DNA of 64,000 nucleotides, taken from the IMG/VR virus record IMGVR_UViG_3300042558_005069, positions 40,100 through 104,099 of that record; one strand, 5' to 3'. Each line of letters starts with the position of its first letter. Position 1 is the stretch's first letter. The notes below the pieces were generated by a model, which did no database searches, was not told the DNA's origin, and saw only the letters and a program-made list of their open reading frames with translations. Shown here piece by piece: positions 9,172 through 18,922 of the stretch. Made by a program: the position numbers and the translations under genes. This DNA is from a virus.

Positions 9172-11008
9172 TGCTTATTTTGGCCCACTCCGTAACTTCG
9201 AAGGGGAACATCCCTCCACGTTTCATTTTAGTCGGCCAATTACGTTCGTCACGTGCACCACGAAAATGCTTAATATCGTAACCATACTCACCGACACACA
9301 TCGGATCAGGCTGAAGTGAAATTCCAAATTCAGGCCACCTAGACCAGACTGCAGACCCAAAAGGGCGCAGATCGCGAGAGCTCCCAGAGGCGCCGAGAGG
9401 GGCATGATGCTCAATCCAAAGAGCACAGCCATAAATCACCCGAATCTGATCTAAATACCTTGCCATCTCAATCGCCACCGCCTCGGAAGTCCGAGAACCA
9501 GGGTCGACAAAAGCTTTGTAAAGTGGACCAATAAGGAGCAATTCTGGCTGTATTTCCTCTAGTGCATTTTCGAGCAGGGCCCTGTCTGCCCCTCTGAGCA
9601 GATCCATGCCGGACGGTTTTGTATAAAGATATGAATCAAGTCTTTTGCTGCCAGACCGAGTCATCGCTACGTTGGCGATCTTTCTACTTGTTCTTCTAAT
9701 AATTGTGTCTGGATTTTCCAAGTCAATAGTCAAAGTTCTTATTGGGCGCATCGGCTGGTAAGAGAATGGATGTATTCCTGCCCCTCCGAGTATGGCTACC
9801 TGCCTGGCTAACATTGTCTTGCCGACGCCCTCCGCTGCAACCACTATTACGCGTTCCCCACGCTCGATGATATGCGGAATGACCCATTCGTACGTGTCTC
9901 GATCTGCTTCGGCAAGAAGATCATTCCACTGGATTAATCGACCTGCGTCAAGAACTGGACCCGATCCCGAAGACGAGATGATCAAACTTGATTTAGCCAA
10001 CTTGAGTTTTGAACTTAAATCTTCCCTAGATAAAAGATCCTGAAGCTTTTCGATGGCTTCATCTTCAAACGATATTTCGTGTTCAGGCTCTTCTGATTCA
10101 TTCAAAACAGCAGAATCTTGATTTTCATTGGACAGGGCTGTGTGGTCGACGAAGACGCCTTCGTCTTCGACGGGTTCCAACTCGTCTATTCCTTTCCCCG
10201 CTTCAATGTGATCTGTAATGTCTTTATGAGTGGGAGAAATCCAAACTTGAGCTTCACACCCAGCTGCTCGCAACCTACGACAAACATCAACCGCATGCTG
10301 TATCCCAACGTCGTCGTGGTCAGCAATTATTTCTACTGTTTTAGCTCCACTGAGGGTTTCTGTATGAAGATCAAGCCAGCTTCCAGCACCATTAGGCATT
10401 GTCGTTGCAACTTGGCCTAGCGAAATGAGGGTATTTGCGTCTTTTTCTCCTTCGACTACCCATATTGTTTCGTCATTATTTTTAGCGCGAACAACTTCTG
10501 GCAAGTTATAAAGAACTTTTGGGATATCCGAAGCGCTATAAATCCAACCTCCGTTACCGTCTGGTTTCCTTTGTCTAAAAGTTTTCCGTCCAGCATCGTC
10601 GACCAGTCGTATTTTCTGAAAGAGTAAATTGCCGTCTTCATCCGTATAGTCGTAAGACTCAACGAACTTTGTTTTAGGAGCCGCTTTCACGGCTTTTTGT
10701 TGCCTTGGAATGATGGGTGGCTTTTCCCCACTAAAACGAGAAATATCAAGAACGCTTGGCGGGTCAGATTGAGGCATCAGATCGGATACCTTGATCCCCA
10801 CTGAAGTACATATCTTTTCGACGTCGCAGGAAAGCCCCCGGTGGCACTTTATGAGTGTTCTACCATCATCCCCTTGCCCCACGGACAGCGACGGGTTGTC
10901 GTCGTCGTCTCTACAAGGGCAGCATGCCTGCCATCCCCCTGAAGTTTTTCTCACACCCTGCAATCTGTTAAGAAAGTTAAGAGTTTGCGTCGAAGGCGAG
11001 GTCGTCAT
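9164..11008 (-). CDS. DNA primase-helicase (Zn finger + TOPRIM + RecA/AAA_25 helicase)
   Basis: CPCRDD...CHRGLSC; VEGEKDA and ADHDDVG TOPRIM motifs; Walker A AAEGVGKT. Confidence 0.9.
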   Translation of the reverse strand: MTTSPSTQTLNFLNRLQGVRKTSGGWQACCPCRDDDDNPSLSVGQGDDGRTLIKCHRGLSCDVEKICTSVGIKVSDLMPQSDPPSVLDISRFSGEKPPIIPRQQKAVKAAPKTKFVESYDYTDEDGNLLFQKIRLVDDAGRKTFRQRKPDGNGGWIYSASDIPKVLYNLPEVVRAKNNDETIWVVEGEKDANTLISLGQVATTMPNGAGSWLDLHTETLSGAKTVEIIADHDDVGIQHAVDVCRRLRAAGCEAQVWISPTHKDITDHIEAGKGIDELEPVEDEGVFVDHTALSNENQDSAVLNESEEPEHEISFEDEAIEKLQDLLSREDLSSKLKLAKSSLIISSSGSGPVLDAGRLIQWNDLLAEADRDTYEWVIPHIIERGERVIVVAAEGVGKTMLARQVAILGGAGIHPFSYQPMRPIRTLTIDLENPDTIIRRTSRKIANVAMTRSGSKRLDSYLYTKPSGMDLLRGADRALLENALEEIQPELLLIGPLYKAFVDPGSRTSEAVAIEMARYLDQIRVIYGCALWIEHHAPLGASGSSRDLRPFGSAVWSRWPEFGISLQPDPMCVGEYGYDIKHFRGARDERNWPTKMKRGGMFPFEVTEWAKISNE

Positions 11009-11346
11009 CTCGCATCTCGCAATCTTGGAATCACTGGATCAAATGGCTCTCTTTGAACCATGAGAATATTGTGTCGTTTTCTTAATAGTTTGCGCTCACG
11101 CTCCGTGGTTCCGCCCCAGATGCCAAAAATTTCATGATACAGCGCATAATTTAAACACGGATCGATTTGCTTGCAGTCACTGCATATCGCTTTTGCTAAG
11201 TTCGTTTGCTCATTTGCTTTTCGATACTGGACAGAGAAATCTCTTCCCTTGCTTCTTTCCGCATGAGGAAACCACATTTTTACATCTTTACCGATGCAGT
11301 CGCCTCCAGTTGGGGGTGTATCGATCCGTTCGTGTGTTGGTCTCAT
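11005..11346 (-). CDS. whiB: WhiB-family Fe-S transcription factor
   Basis: C...WFP...AKAICSDC...C...GIWGGTTERER; GGAGG RBS before the ATG at 11346. Confidence 0.9.
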   Translation of the reverse strand: MRPTHERIDTPPTGGDCIGKDVKMWFPHAERSKGRDFSVQYRKANEQTNLAKAICSDCKQIDPCLNYALYHEIFGIWGGTTERERKLLRKRHNILMVQREPFDPVIPRLRDAR

Positions 11347-11375
11347 TTCCCCTCCTATGGATTTAATTTTGCATA

Positions 11376-11798
11376 CTACCTTGGCGTTACGATTCTTGTC
11401 ACATCTGCAGCAGATAAATATATAACACAATTTCTAACAACCAAAGATCCAGCAACATCTTCAACCGAAAGACCGATTGCGTCAATTGGGACATTGAACC
11501 TAGCGGCCAATGTGGCACGAATTTTTTCCACTCTTAGTTCTTCATCAACAAGACTTGGTCCATCATCGTACGAGGAGAGAGGAGTTGGTTGAGGAGAAAA
11601 AAGACCCCTTAATTCTTCTTCTCGCCCATCTGTGCGCAAACACAAGACACAAGTTATCTCCTCTGTCCTGGCTGCTCTTTTTCTACTTTCTGTATGTCCA
11701 CAGTCAAGCGTGTGTAGATACTGAAATTTACCCCAGGCACCAACGCGATCGACGCTGACAACACGGCGACGTGGGGCGCGCCTGTGTTCAGTTGTCAT
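11376..11798 (-). CDS. Hypothetical protein (CGH...CxxC)
   Basis: 140-aa ORF co-oriented within the operon. Confidence 0.6.
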   Translation of the reverse strand: MTTEHRRAPRRRVVSVDRVGAWGKFQYLHTLDCGHTESRKRAARTEEITCVLCLRTDGREEELRGLFSPQPTPLSSYDDGPSLVDEELRVEKIRATLAARFNVPIDAIGLSVEDVAGSLVVRNCVIYLSAADVTRIVTPR

Positions 11799-11807
11799 TT
11801 AAGGTCT

Positions 11808-12173
11808 TTATTTTTTTTTCGATTTAGTCAATCGAATTTTATTTAGGAATCTACGAATCCAGCTTTTTACGGCAACTACTTCAATATTCACTCCAGCTAT
11901 TTCTTCAACATTCGACTCGACGCGGTTAATGACAGAATCAATAACTTCGACCATCTCTGTATGAAGTTTTTCGCTCTCTTTGTCAATTGCTAAAGCTGCC
12001 GAGGTGATTGTGTCATCGATAACTTCTTCGATGAACTTTGGGGCTTTGGGCTTGGCTGGTTTTTTGCTAGCTGTTGACTTGCTTGGCTGGCTCTTCTTTG
12101 TTTGTGCACTTGATTTTTTATGAGCACTTTTTTTAGAAGTTGTTTTTTTTGTTATTTTTTTATCTTCGGTCAT
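11808..12173 (-). CDS. Hypothetical Lys-rich protein, probably leaderless
   Basis: K/S/T/P-rich N-terminus; TTGCAC-N18-TATTGT ends 6 nt before the ATG at 12173. Confidence 0.6.
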   Translation of the reverse strand: MTEDKKITKKTTSKKSAHKKSSAQTKKSQPSKSTASKKPAKPKAPKFIEEVIDDTITSAALAIDKESEKLHTEMVEVIDSVINRVESNVEEIAGVNIEVVAVKSWIRRFLNKIRLTKSKKK

Positions 12174-12259
12174 GCCACAACAATAGCCGAAATTTTGCCT
12201 CCCGTGCAACACATAAACTATTTACGATTTTTTTTAAAATCCATGTTTAGTATTTAGTC

Positions 12260-12895
12260 ATGGAGGAGTATGTCAACGATTTTGCCAAAATGGCGCTGGC
12301 CCTTGCCTCGGCGCAGCTTGCCAAAGAAACGGCAATCAAGGAGCAAGGAATTGGGGAAGACCTTAAAGCGCATTTTATGGGATGGAATGAAGAAGACTTA
12401 ACGATCGTCGCCCAGATGAAAGAAGATGTTTCCAGGTACTCCCAGGCAGACAGATTTGAAAGATGTGCAATACTCTGTAAAATCCTTAGAAAACATTGGT
12501 GGGTGTCTTCCCTGACGATGGTGAGTGAAGGCTATTGCTCCCTGGACTACCCAACGACGGAAAATTACGATTTAGCAGTTGCCTATGCCGACACGTCACT
12601 TCCTGTTTTTGAGTGCATTACTGTAATTCACGTCACCCTTGACGAGTCTGGAATAATTTCCCCTGTATCTATGGTGGCCGCCCCTTACGTGACGAAGATT
12701 GGGAGGGTTGTGGAGTGGCAGGACGTTCTAGTGTATCCGGAAATAACTGCCAAAAACCTTAGACAATACAAGTACCCATTAATGCTCACAAATTCTATGA
12801 TGGAGCGATTGTCGGAAGATTCAAACGAAGAAACAATAATGCAAGCAAGAGCAGAAGTCGAACAATGCGGTTTCTTATTGCAAGAATTATATTAA
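12260..12895 (+). CDS. Hypothetical protein
   Basis: 211-aa ORF; TAGTAT 6 nt upstream of the ATG. Confidence 0.7.
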   Translation: MEEYVNDFAKMALALASAQLAKETAIKEQGIGEDLKAHFMGWNEEDLTIVAQMKEDVSRYSQADRFERCAILCKILRKHWWVSSLTMVSEGYCSLDYPTTENYDLAVAYADTSLPVFECITVIHVTLDESGIISPVSMVAAPYVTKIGRVVEWQDVLVYPEITAKNLRQYKYPLMLTNSMMERLSEDSNEETIMQARAEVEQCGFLLQELY

Positions 12896-12908
12896 GTACA
12901 ATAATTAA

Positions 12909-13235
12909 ATGAACGCGTTTTATGAAAGCCCTAGCTTCGGAGGAAGCGAAGATTACGAAATTCTTGACGGGGTTAAAGTATCGCGAGCCGATAGAGCCCC
13001 TTGCCCGGTCTGTGGTCACTCCACCGGCGATTGCGCACCGCCTGACGAAGTAGGCCCAGGCATCATTTTTGGGTACAACACAAATTCCACATTGGACGAT
13101 ACTCAAACGTTCGTTGTCCCTGAAGACATCTATGATCAAAGAGAAATTGCGCCAGGCGTAACTATGCGGCTACTTCTTTACAAGCAAGGAAAAGTAATTC
13201 CGCTTATCAAGGCCAAGGAGTTGGGGCTTATTTAA
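12909..13235 (+). CDS. Hypothetical protein with CPVCGH-x4-C motif
   Basis: 108-aa ORF; TACAAT 6 nt upstream of the ATG. Confidence 0.7.
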   Translation: MNAFYESPSFGGSEDYEILDGVKVSRADRAPCPVCGHSTGDCAPPDEVGPGIIFGYNTNSTLDDTQTFVVPEDIYDQREIAPGVTMRLLLYKQGKVIPLIKAKELGLI

Positions 13236-13324
13236 AAATTTTTATTTCGCTGGACTTTTTCACTATTCAATATTGGGCTACACTGAACAGTTCCAAATCA
13301 AAACAATATTAGCTAGGAAAAAAA

Positions 13325-15250
13325 ATGGCATTTATCGAAGATAGCTTTGTAAAAGATTACTTGACACAGAAATCTCCGTGGGGATTTAACGGAATGGGCG
13401 AAATAGTTTTTTTGCGAACATACAGCCGCAAGAAAAATGATGGAACAACAGAAGTCTGGCCAGAGACGATCCAGCGCGTTGTAAACGGAGCAATTGCTAT
13501 CGGAGTTCCCTACACGCAGGATGAGGCTGAAAGGTTGTTTGATCACATGTTCAACCTTCGCTGCTCAATGAGTGGAAGAGCGCTATGGCAGCTAGGAACG
13601 CCAATGGTTGAAAAGTTTGGCGGAGCTTCTTTAAATAACTGTTATTTTACTAATATCGAAAAAGTGGAAGATTTTGAATTTTTGTTTGAGTATTTAATGC
13701 TGGGTGGCGGTGTCGGTTTTTCTGTAGAGCGCTCAAAAATACACGACTTGCCTAAAGTGAAAAATGCAGTAGTAATCACTCACGAGCGATCAAACGACGC
13801 TGACATAATTGTTCCCGATAGTCGAGGTGGATGGAAGAGACTCCTCCACAGCGTTTTAAAATCTTATTTTGAAACAGGAAAATCTTTTACATATTCGACA
13901 ATTCTGGTGCGCGAATACGGCGCTCCGCTTAAGGGATTTGGCGGCACAGCGTCTGGTCCGGGTGCTTTGATTGACGGAATTGCGGATATATGTAAAGTCC
14001 TAGATAATAGAGCTGGAAAAAAATTACGCTCTATTGATGTCCTCGACATCTGTAACATCATTGGGCGCATCGTTGTCTCGGGCTCATCAAGAAGATCAGC
14101 ACAAATCTCAATGGGTGATCCGGATGATGCTTTGTTCATTAGGGCAAAGAACTGGGCGTCGGGCTCGATCCCTGCATGGAGAGCAAATAGCAATAACTCG
14201 CTCTATGCTGATGGGTGGGACGAGATCCCCTCGGAGCTCTGGAAGGGCTATGACGGTACGGGGGAGCCATATGGCCTTGTGAACCGAAAGCTCGCACGTC
14301 GCTATGGGCGGTTAGGTGAAGTCAGGGTAGATAATAGTATTGAGGGCTTCAACCCATGCGCCGAGATAGGTCTAGCTGATGGAGAATCATGTAATTTGGC
14401 GACTGTTTTCCTGCCGAATATCGAATCCATAGAGCAATTCAAGGAGATATCCCGTCTTCTTTATCTAACGCAGAAGCAGATTACTCGTTTGCCGTATCCG
14501 TATGAAAAAACAACACAAATTGTCCGTCAGAATGCAAGACTTGGACAAAGCGTGACAGGGATTCTTCAATCAACAGCAGAACAGTTGTCTTGGCTGTCCG
14601 CTGGATACGTAGCCCTAAGAGAGCTAGACAAGAAGTATTCCGCCGAAAACGGGTTCCCGGAGTCTGTTCGTATGACGACCGTACAGCCCTCTGGGACGCT
14701 CTCTCTGCTTCCAGGGGTAACCCCCGGCATACATCCGGCCTATGCTCCGTATTATATCCGTCGCGTTCGTTTTGGCTCCAGTGACCCTCTAGTCGATGCC
14801 TGCCGCAAGCGTGGATACAAGGTGATTTGGGATATCGGAATCGATGGACGGGAAGACCATACTCGCTATGTGGTCGAGTTCCCTTGCCGGTCTCCAGAGG
14901 GTTCTGTTCTCGCAGTTGACATGACAGCGGTTGAGCAGCTCGAATGGGTGAGGAAGATGCAAACAGAGTGGGCCGATAATGCAGTTTCCGTGACTGTTTA
15001 CTACCGCAAGGAAGAGCTCCCGTTAATTAAAGAATGGCTTGAAAAGAACTACGACAAGAGCGTTAAATCCGTTTCTTTCCTGCTGCATAGCGATCATAAT
15101 TTTTCCCTTCCTCCCTACGAGGAAATTACAAAAGAATCCTATGAAAAACTTTCAGCGCGGGTTGACATGTCCATTCCCCTTGTCCAGTCAGCATTTGACG
15201 GAGAAATAATGGTGGATGATTGCGCTACTGGAGCTTGCCCTGTAAAGTAA
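13325..15250 (+). CDS. nrdJ: Class II (adenosylcobalamin-dependent) ribonucleotide reductase, monomeric RTPR type
   Basis: RTYSR, LNNCYF, FNPCAEI thiyl motif, TTVQPSGT, C-terminal CATGACPVK; no adjacent beta subunit. Confidence 0.92.
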   Translation: MAFIEDSFVKDYLTQKSPWGFNGMGEIVFLRTYSRKKNDGTTEVWPETIQRVVNGAIAIGVPYTQDEAERLFDHMFNLRCSMSGRALWQLGTPMVEKFGGASLNNCYFTNIEKVEDFEFLFEYLMLGGGVGFSVERSKIHDLPKVKNAVVITHERSNDADIIVPDSRGGWKRLLHSVLKSYFETGKSFTYSTILVREYGAPLKGFGGTASGPGALIDGIADICKVLDNRAGKKLRSIDVLDICNIIGRIVVSGSSRRSAQISMGDPDDALFIRAKNWASGSIPAWRANSNNSLYADGWDEIPSELWKGYDGTGEPYGLVNRKLARRYGRLGEVRVDNSIEGFNPCAEIGLADGESCNLATVFLPNIESIEQFKEISRLLYLTQKQITRLPYPYEKTTQIVRQNARLGQSVTGILQSTAEQLSWLSAGYVALRELDKKYSAENGFPESVRMTTVQPSGTLSLLPGVTPGIHPAYAPYYIRRVRFGSSDPLVDACRKRGYKVIWDIGIDGREDHTRYVVEFPCRSPEGSVLAVDMTAVEQLEWVRKMQTEWADNAVSVTVYYRKEELPLIKEWLEKNYDKSVKSVSFLLHSDHNFSLPPYEEITKESYEKLSARVDMSIPLVQSAFDGEIMVDDCATGACPVK

Positions 15251-15318
15251 AGGCACGCTAGAAGTCATATCTCAATACGTGATCTTCTTGGCAATTAATG
15301 GTCAGATAAAAATCATTA

Positions 15319-15391
<73 letters not shown>

Positions 15392-15393
15392 CT

Positions 15394-16548
15394 ATGGAAA
15401 ATGACATTTTTAACAAAGAACTGTATCGTGACCCTTTTGCCATGTTCGCACAGTGGCGCGCAAGTCCTACTTTGCCGTACGACAAAAAAACAAATACCTA
15501 TGCATTGTCTCGGCACGCTGACGTAAATTTCGCATTGCGAAGTCCTGAAATATTTACCAGTTCGTTTGGGGGCAGGGCAAACTCAATAGCACAGCCTTTT
15601 ATGGTTGACGTAGACGACCCAGGGCACAGAGTGCAACGTTCAGTTATTGAAAAAATGCTCACTCCAAGTGCGGTTAGCAAGCATTCTGAATATGTTACCG
15701 CAGTGATCGACATAGCAGTAAAAGGGATAATCGGAGCTGGCAGCGTCGAGGTCGTAAATGCCATTGCTCAGACACTTCCCGTAACTTTTATCGGTTCCTT
15801 GCTGGGCGTAAGGGATTCTGACTTTCCTCTACTCAGGAAGTGGGGTGAAGCCATGGTGGAGGGAGCCGATGGATGGGAAAACGTCACAGAAGAAGTGGTT
15901 GAGGCTGTAATAAACTGGTTTGACTATTTTGACGATCTGTCGAAAACGGGATATTGGGACGACAAAGAAGGAATAATATCTCTGCTCTTGAATGCTTCAA
16001 AAGAAAATGGGAGCATAACCTACGAAGAGGCTAGAGGTAATTCGTTGGCGATTCTCATCGGTGGAAACGAAACAGCAAAATATCTACTTTCTGGGGCTAT
16101 CGATCTTTATGTAGAAAATCCAGACATAGCCACAATCTACAAAGATGTAGGACCGGAAAAATTCATCAATGAGGTATTGCGATACCTGAGTCCTGTAGTT
16201 AGTTCAGCTAGAAGAACGACAACGGATGTTGCGGTTGGTGAGAATATCATCCCTGCTGGAGCTCAGGTGATGCTGTTCTTGACATCTGCAAACATGGACG
16301 AATCTGTATTTGAGAATCCAGAACTATTTAACCCAGCGCGTAATAGTTCAGCGCATTTGTCTCTTGGCTTCGGGCCCCACTTCTGCATTGGAGCATCCTT
16401 GGCGAAGATACAGCTTCAAGCGTTGTTTGAATATTTTATAAATAACAAAATAAAAATAACAAAAGACGAAAGCGCTCCGATGAAGTTTAAGTACTCAACA
16501 TTCTTGCGTGGTATAAAAGAAATGCGTGCATTCGTTGAGAAAAATTAG
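15394..16548 (+). CDS. Cytochrome P450
   Basis: I-helix GGNET, ExxR (EVLR), FNPAR meander, heme-thiolate LGFGPHFCIGA, DDPGHRVQR. Confidence 0.95.
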   Translation: MENDIFNKELYRDPFAMFAQWRASPTLPYDKKTNTYALSRHADVNFALRSPEIFTSSFGGRANSIAQPFMVDVDDPGHRVQRSVIEKMLTPSAVSKHSEYVTAVIDIAVKGIIGAGSVEVVNAIAQTLPVTFIGSLLGVRDSDFPLLRKWGEAMVEGADGWENVTEEVVEAVINWFDYFDDLSKTGYWDDKEGIISLLLNASKENGSITYEEARGNSLAILIGGNETAKYLLSGAIDLYVENPDIATIYKDVGPEKFINEVLRYLSPVVSSARRTTTDVAVGENIIPAGAQVMLFLTSANMDESVFENPELFNPARNSSAHLSLGFGPHFCIGASLAKIQLQALFEYFINNKIKITKDESAPMKFKYSTFLRGIKEMRAFVEKN

Positions 16549-16550
16549 AA

Positions 16551-16949
16551 TTATTTAAACTCGGACCAAGTTTTGTTTCCAACCCCAAAGTACTCTCGAG
16601 CGTAACCTGACTCTATGATATCCAAATTCAAGCAAGCAGTTTTTACATCATCAATGTCTTCTGAGGAAAATATCCTTGCGAGAACCCGTCCGTATTTGTC
16701 ATTTTTGTCTGGGATTGTATTCACGTAAACCCATTTATGCTTGGAAATCCAGTCTTCTGTGAATTTCTTTGCGCTCAGACCCATCTGCTTTTCGGCTAGG
16801 TCTTTTGTTCTTGTCTCGGGCGTGTTGACGCCATATAGGCGAACTCTAATTTTGTGGTGAATATTGAAACCAAGATCAATCATTAGATCGACAGTGTCTC
16901 CGTCTACAACCCTCAGTACGGTAGCTCCGTACCAAAAGCGAGCACTCAT
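16551..16949 (-). CDS. Thermonuclease (SNase-like)
   Basis: RVVDGDTV, RVRLYGVNTPE, DKYGRVLA. Confidence 0.92.
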   Translation of the reverse strand: MSARFWYGATVLRVVDGDTVDLMIDLGFNIHHKIRVRLYGVNTPETRTKDLAEKQMGLSAKKFTEDWISKHKWVYVNTIPDKNDKYGRVLARIFSSEDIDDVKTACLNLDIIESGYAREYFGVGNKTWSEFK

Positions 16950-17944
16950 TACGAGGCCTGTGCCGGAATTAGTTTTTCTCCAGTTAGTGTAACTCTGTTA
17001 ACCAAACGTGGGGAATGTCCAATATCTCCGACTACAGCGTGCTGTGTCGATATATTGTCAGAGAATATAACGTCTCCCTGAGTCCAGTGATGGCGGACAG
17101 TAAATTCGTAGCGAGTTGTATGTTTGAAAAGGAATTGAAGGATTGCGTCGCTTTCAGGTTTTGAAAAGTCCACAATTCTTCTTGTGAACCCCGGATTTAT
17201 GAATAATGATTCTTCTCCAGTTTCCGGATGGACTATAACAACTGGATGACGAGCGGTAACTTGCGCAGCACGCTTCAGGTAATCCCAGTGGTCGACTAGT
17301 CCGTTTTCTTCTTTGCCGTTAATTCCTTCTATCTTTGCTCCAGTATTGGACATTCCACCTTTACCCATGCCCATGTCAGAAACTTCAGACGCATCGTGAA
17401 TAGCCATTGTGCCTCGTAGTGCATCTTTCATTCTCTTGCTTAGAGATCTGAATGCCGCTTCTTGGTCGCACCACATGGTGTCTCCGCCAGCGTAGGGGAT
17501 GATGACGCCATTCAGTATTGAACATTTTGGCGGATTTTCAATAAACGTTATGTCAGTATGCCAGGCAACGCCACGTTCCTGAAACTTTGTTTTATCACTG
17601 TTCTCATATTCTGGATACTGCACACCCGGAATGGTGTAATCAACTTCGAATATGTTTGGAAAATCTTTTTTACCAGGAAGAAGTGGATGAGCGCTTCTTG
17701 GTGTTCCAAAGAGCGCTGCAAAAGCTTCATGCTGTACAGGATTAAGATTTTGTTTTCTAAAAAAAACAACCTTATGACGCAACATCAGGTTATAAATTGT
17801 CTCAATAATTCCTGCATCTTTATGGTCAATCAAGTCAATTAAATTAACTCCCTCGATTTCTGCTCCAAGCTTTCCGGCTACTGGCTTTACCAACAAGCCA
17901 GCTTCGGTATATTCTACGTGATGCTCTTTAACCATTATTGACAT
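16949..17944 (-). CDS. TauD/TfdA-family Fe(II)/2-oxoglutarate dioxygenase (sulfonate/alkylsulfate type)
   Basis: LGAEIEG, HKVVFFRKQ, WHTDITF (HxD), GGDT, HPVVIVHPETGE, DNISTQH...R. Confidence 0.92.
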   Translation of the reverse strand: MSIMVKEHHVEYTEAGLLVKPVAGKLGAEIEGVNLIDLIDHKDAGIIETIYNLMLRHKVVFFRKQNLNPVQHEAFAALFGTPRSAHPLLPGKKDFPNIFEVDYTIPGVQYPEYENSDKTKFQERGVAWHTDITFIENPPKCSILNGVIIPYAGGDTMWCDQEAAFRSLSKRMKDALRGTMAIHDASEVSDMGMGKGGMSNTGAKIEGINGKEENGLVDHWDYLKRAAQVTARHPVVIVHPETGEESLFINPGFTRRIVDFSKPESDAILQFLFKHTTRYEFTVRHHWTQGDVIFSDNISTQHAVVGDIGHSPRLVNRVTLTGEKLIPAQAS

Positions 17945-18821
17945 TTTTTTTGGCCTTTGCTATCTTTGATTTTTTATTTTTTTTCTTTTTTCTTATTCGC
18001 ATCATATCAGTATGTGCTTGCCCCATGCGCTTAACGTCCCGAATGGATCCACCAACATATGATCCATACCCAGTCTTCGCTGCTATGACACTATTGGAAA
18101 GTTCTTCCAATACAAGCCTTCTTCTCCTGCTGTCGGTTATCTGATTCAAGTCCGAATCGTATACCGAATCGATCCCCTTCCCCGTCATGCCTTTCATATA
18201 TGAAGGAACCTCAACATTTATTAATGCTTTTGTTGATAAATGAGAAGTTACAACAACGTCTTCTGATAACGACTTCTTTTTTTTCTTAGCGTTTGCGTAT
18301 CGCTCAAGGAGGCGTCGTCCCTTGGCAGCAAGAGCTGCCGCGTCGGAAGAGTTCTGGGGAACAGGCTCCCCCCACGCTGCAGCAGAAAGAGCCAATCTAG
18401 TAGAGCGCCCTTTGTCATCTTTCATCGGCCCAGATGGATTTGTAAAAAATCTTGTTAAGAAAGAACCTTTGCGACGCATCTTTTCAGGAGTGTTCGCTGG
18501 CCCCATTACACCAGGTTTCAGATTTGATCCTTCTTTTCTTTTGAAGTAAGCCCTGCCCGCTGCGGTAAGCCCCCCCTTCGGATCGCGAAGCACTGGACGT
18601 CTTTTTGCCGCTTTGGAGTTCAGTTCATCAGCAGATATTTTTATTTCTCCGACAACAGTAGATCCCCAATATTCATCATAAATAGGCATCATTGAAGAGG
18701 ACTTGAACTCCACAAAAGATTGCTCAATCAATTGATTAAATTCTTCTTCCTGGTCAAGTTTTTCTGAAAACTGCAAAAGCGAATCAAATAGTTCTTCATC
18801 TTTTTCATTTGTCATTTCCAT
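17928..18821 (-). CDS. DUF6321-like head-associated protein
   Basis: DPKGGLTAAGRAYF...NLKPGV...RRKGSFLTRF...PMKDDKGRSTRLALSAAAW; directly downstream of the capsid gene. Confidence 0.6.
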   Translation of the reverse strand: MEMTNEKDEELFDSLLQFSEKLDQEEEFNQLIEQSFVEFKSSSMMPIYDEYWGSTVVGEIKISADELNSKAAKRRPVLRDPKGGLTAAGRAYFKRKEGSNLKPGVMGPANTPEKMRRKGSFLTRFFTNPSGPMKDDKGRSTRLALSAAAWGEPVPQNSSDAAALAAKGRRLLERYANAKKKKKSLSEDVVVTSHLSTKALINVEVPSYMKGMTGKGIDSVYDSDLNQITDSRRRRLVLEELSNSVIAAKTGYGSYVGGSIRDVKRMGQAHTDMMRIRKKKKNKKSKIAKAKKNVNNG

Positions 18822-18858
18822 TATCCAATTCTGGCACAGGTCAAGCCGTATAAGCGAA

Positions 18859-18899
18859 ACCCCCTGGTTTCACTGCCAAAGCAATTACTCCCAGGGGGT
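18859..18899 (-). terminator. Hairpin downstream of the major capsid gene (possible weak terminator or stabiliser)
   Basis: Perfect 9-bp inverted repeat ACCCCCTGG/CCAGGGGGT with a 23-nt loop and only a short U tract. Confidence 0.45.
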
Positions 18900-18922
18900 C
18901 CGTTAATTAAGGGTATTGTTAA

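Noticed and set aside
13325-15250. Intein or intron in the RNR (also considered for the terminase)
   Set aside because: Lengths are normal and the motifs are contiguous.
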